64,000 nt of DNA, taken from assembly GCF_001194135.2 (NCBI RefSeq), contig NC_068983.1:103253840-103317839 (forward strand). Direction: 5' to 3'. A model generated the notes under the pieces. The model searched no databases. It was not told the DNA's origin and worked only from the letters and a program-made list of their open reading frames with translations. The DNA comes from Octopus bimaculoides. Lineage: Eukaryota. Of the stretch, positions 62,551 to 64,000 are shown one piece after another; positions within the stretch are counted from its first letter, which is position 1; every line of letters starts with the position of its first letter. The position numbers and the translations under genes were made by a program.

Positions 62551-63094
62551 TTTAATGGTGGTGGTGGTGGGGAGGAAGACAGAAGAGAAGAGAAGCGGAT
62601 ATGAATTATTTTGAAATGAAGGATCCTAACTGGTTGGAAACCCTAAAGTGAAATGTAATTTAATGAAAAGAATGCACTCAGTCTATTCATTGATTTTTTT
62701 TTTCTTTGTTTCTTGTTTTTTTTTTTCCTTGCTATTTCCTTTCTCTTCTACTGCTGCTGCATTCACCATTTTTGCTGCTGCTATTGCTGTAAGATCAGTT
62801 CGCAAAGCTGTTGCAGAGCAATAATCAATACTTACTAATGGGTACTTTAACTAATACACGTTGCTAGCCAGAGCATGATGGCCTAACAATCACTGTATAC
62901 ATAGCACTCTACATGGATGCTTCCTTGTGTCATTCTGCCACCAATAAATGGTATTCCAACAAGTTCTGATCTAAAATAATGTGTTGAGTATACGAATATA
63001 TATGAAGATAGATAGTATGAGAGAGAGAGAGAGAGAAATTCATTCAAACAGACATATACACATACATGTATATGTATGCACACACACACACACA

Positions 63095-63185
63095 TACATG
63101 TATGCATATGCAGCTACACACATGTATGCATACGCAGCTACACACACACACGTATATGTATGCATATGCAGCTATACGCACACAC
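63095..63185. repeat. Three-copy minisatellite (atgtatgcata(t/c)gcagcta...)
   Basis: Three imperfect units of about 24-34 bp. Confidence 0.8.
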
Positions 63186-64000
63186 ATTATATATATACTA
63201 CATACATATATACATACTTATACATATGATACAAGCAGCATGATGAGAGCACCTGAAATTAATTTCTTACAGCCTGAAGAATTTCCATGTACTAACTAAA
63301 GATAGAAAGTTATCCAAGGTAATAATTTTCATAGTAGAAGCTATTAGGTCTTAGCAGTTAGTTAACCTACATAGCAAGACAAACAACAAAATGGAGAGTT
63401 TCTAAGAAATCAATCACTTTTAATGGAACTGGGAGGCTGCATCTCAAGGTACATAATCAATAAACCTGTAACCTCGAAGCTAAAATTAGAAGCAAGCAAC
63501 CCTTTACTGGGAAAGGAAAGATTAAAATATCATCTGGAAGCATATATATAGAGAGCTTTGAATAATAAAAAAGATCTTTGAAAAAATTCTTATCAATGAT
63601 TGTGAACTTATAAAAGCAGTACCAGAACAATGGAAAACTACAGACGTCACACTGTATTTAAGAACTGAAAACTGGAGGTAAAGGAGTATAACTTTTAGGG
63701 ACTTGATATATTTTGATTTGACTGAAATTAGCTAGAAGTAAAACAAGGCCAAATGTACATTCTTAAAAAATTAATAACTTGGCATGAATTCTGAATTATG
63801 TGTTCTTCATATTTCATCAGGAATTGTTTTTTTGTTTTTTTTTTAAAACCAAAACTCTTGTTTTTACTTTACAAGACTAGAATGCATTTGAAGGAAGATT
63901 TGGAGAGAAGCAATAAACTAGACACAAGTGCCAAGAATGCAGCACTAAGAGATTCAAAGACCTTATGAAACATCAGAGCTCAATATTAATTAAGTAGCTA

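Noticed and set aside
1-64000. CRISPR arrays, rRNA, bona fide tRNA genes, prokaryotic operons
   Set aside because: None seen; tRNA-like A/B boxes all belong to multi-copy SINE heads without a full cloverleaf.

Overview
AT-rich, microsatellite- and SINE-dense animal genomic DNA with several N gaps. The repeat families look to me like those of Octopus (recognition from memory, not a search). The window lies mostly inside one large minus-strand gene. Two well-supported exons (26483-26609 and 9691-9832, separated by a 16.65-kb intron) encode a complete NR1-like nuclear-receptor DNA-binding domain ([22 protein letters not shown]|GFFRRCITQGMSHKCANEEKCEITPFTRNSCQYCRLKKCFAVGMSRE). No hinge or ligand-binding exons were found, so they probably lie left of the window. 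Two phase-compatible candidate 5' ends lie at about 40.4 kb (two micro-exons) and about 32.9 kb. The introns hold tRNA-derived SINEs, 5'-truncated RTE LINEs, piggyBac-, hAT- and Tigger-type MITEs, a pogo transposase fossil and a Helentron/DINE-like element. The most striking signal is three separate fold-back elements (2.1-2.4 kb, 56.9-57.6 kb, 60.0-60.4 kb) that look like Penelope-like pseudo-LTR inversions, each with a minimal type I hammerhead-ribozyme motif. Two of them share a non-canonical UUGAAAA core (compensatory U3-A8 instead of C3-G8) followed by a short GT-AG intron-like segment.
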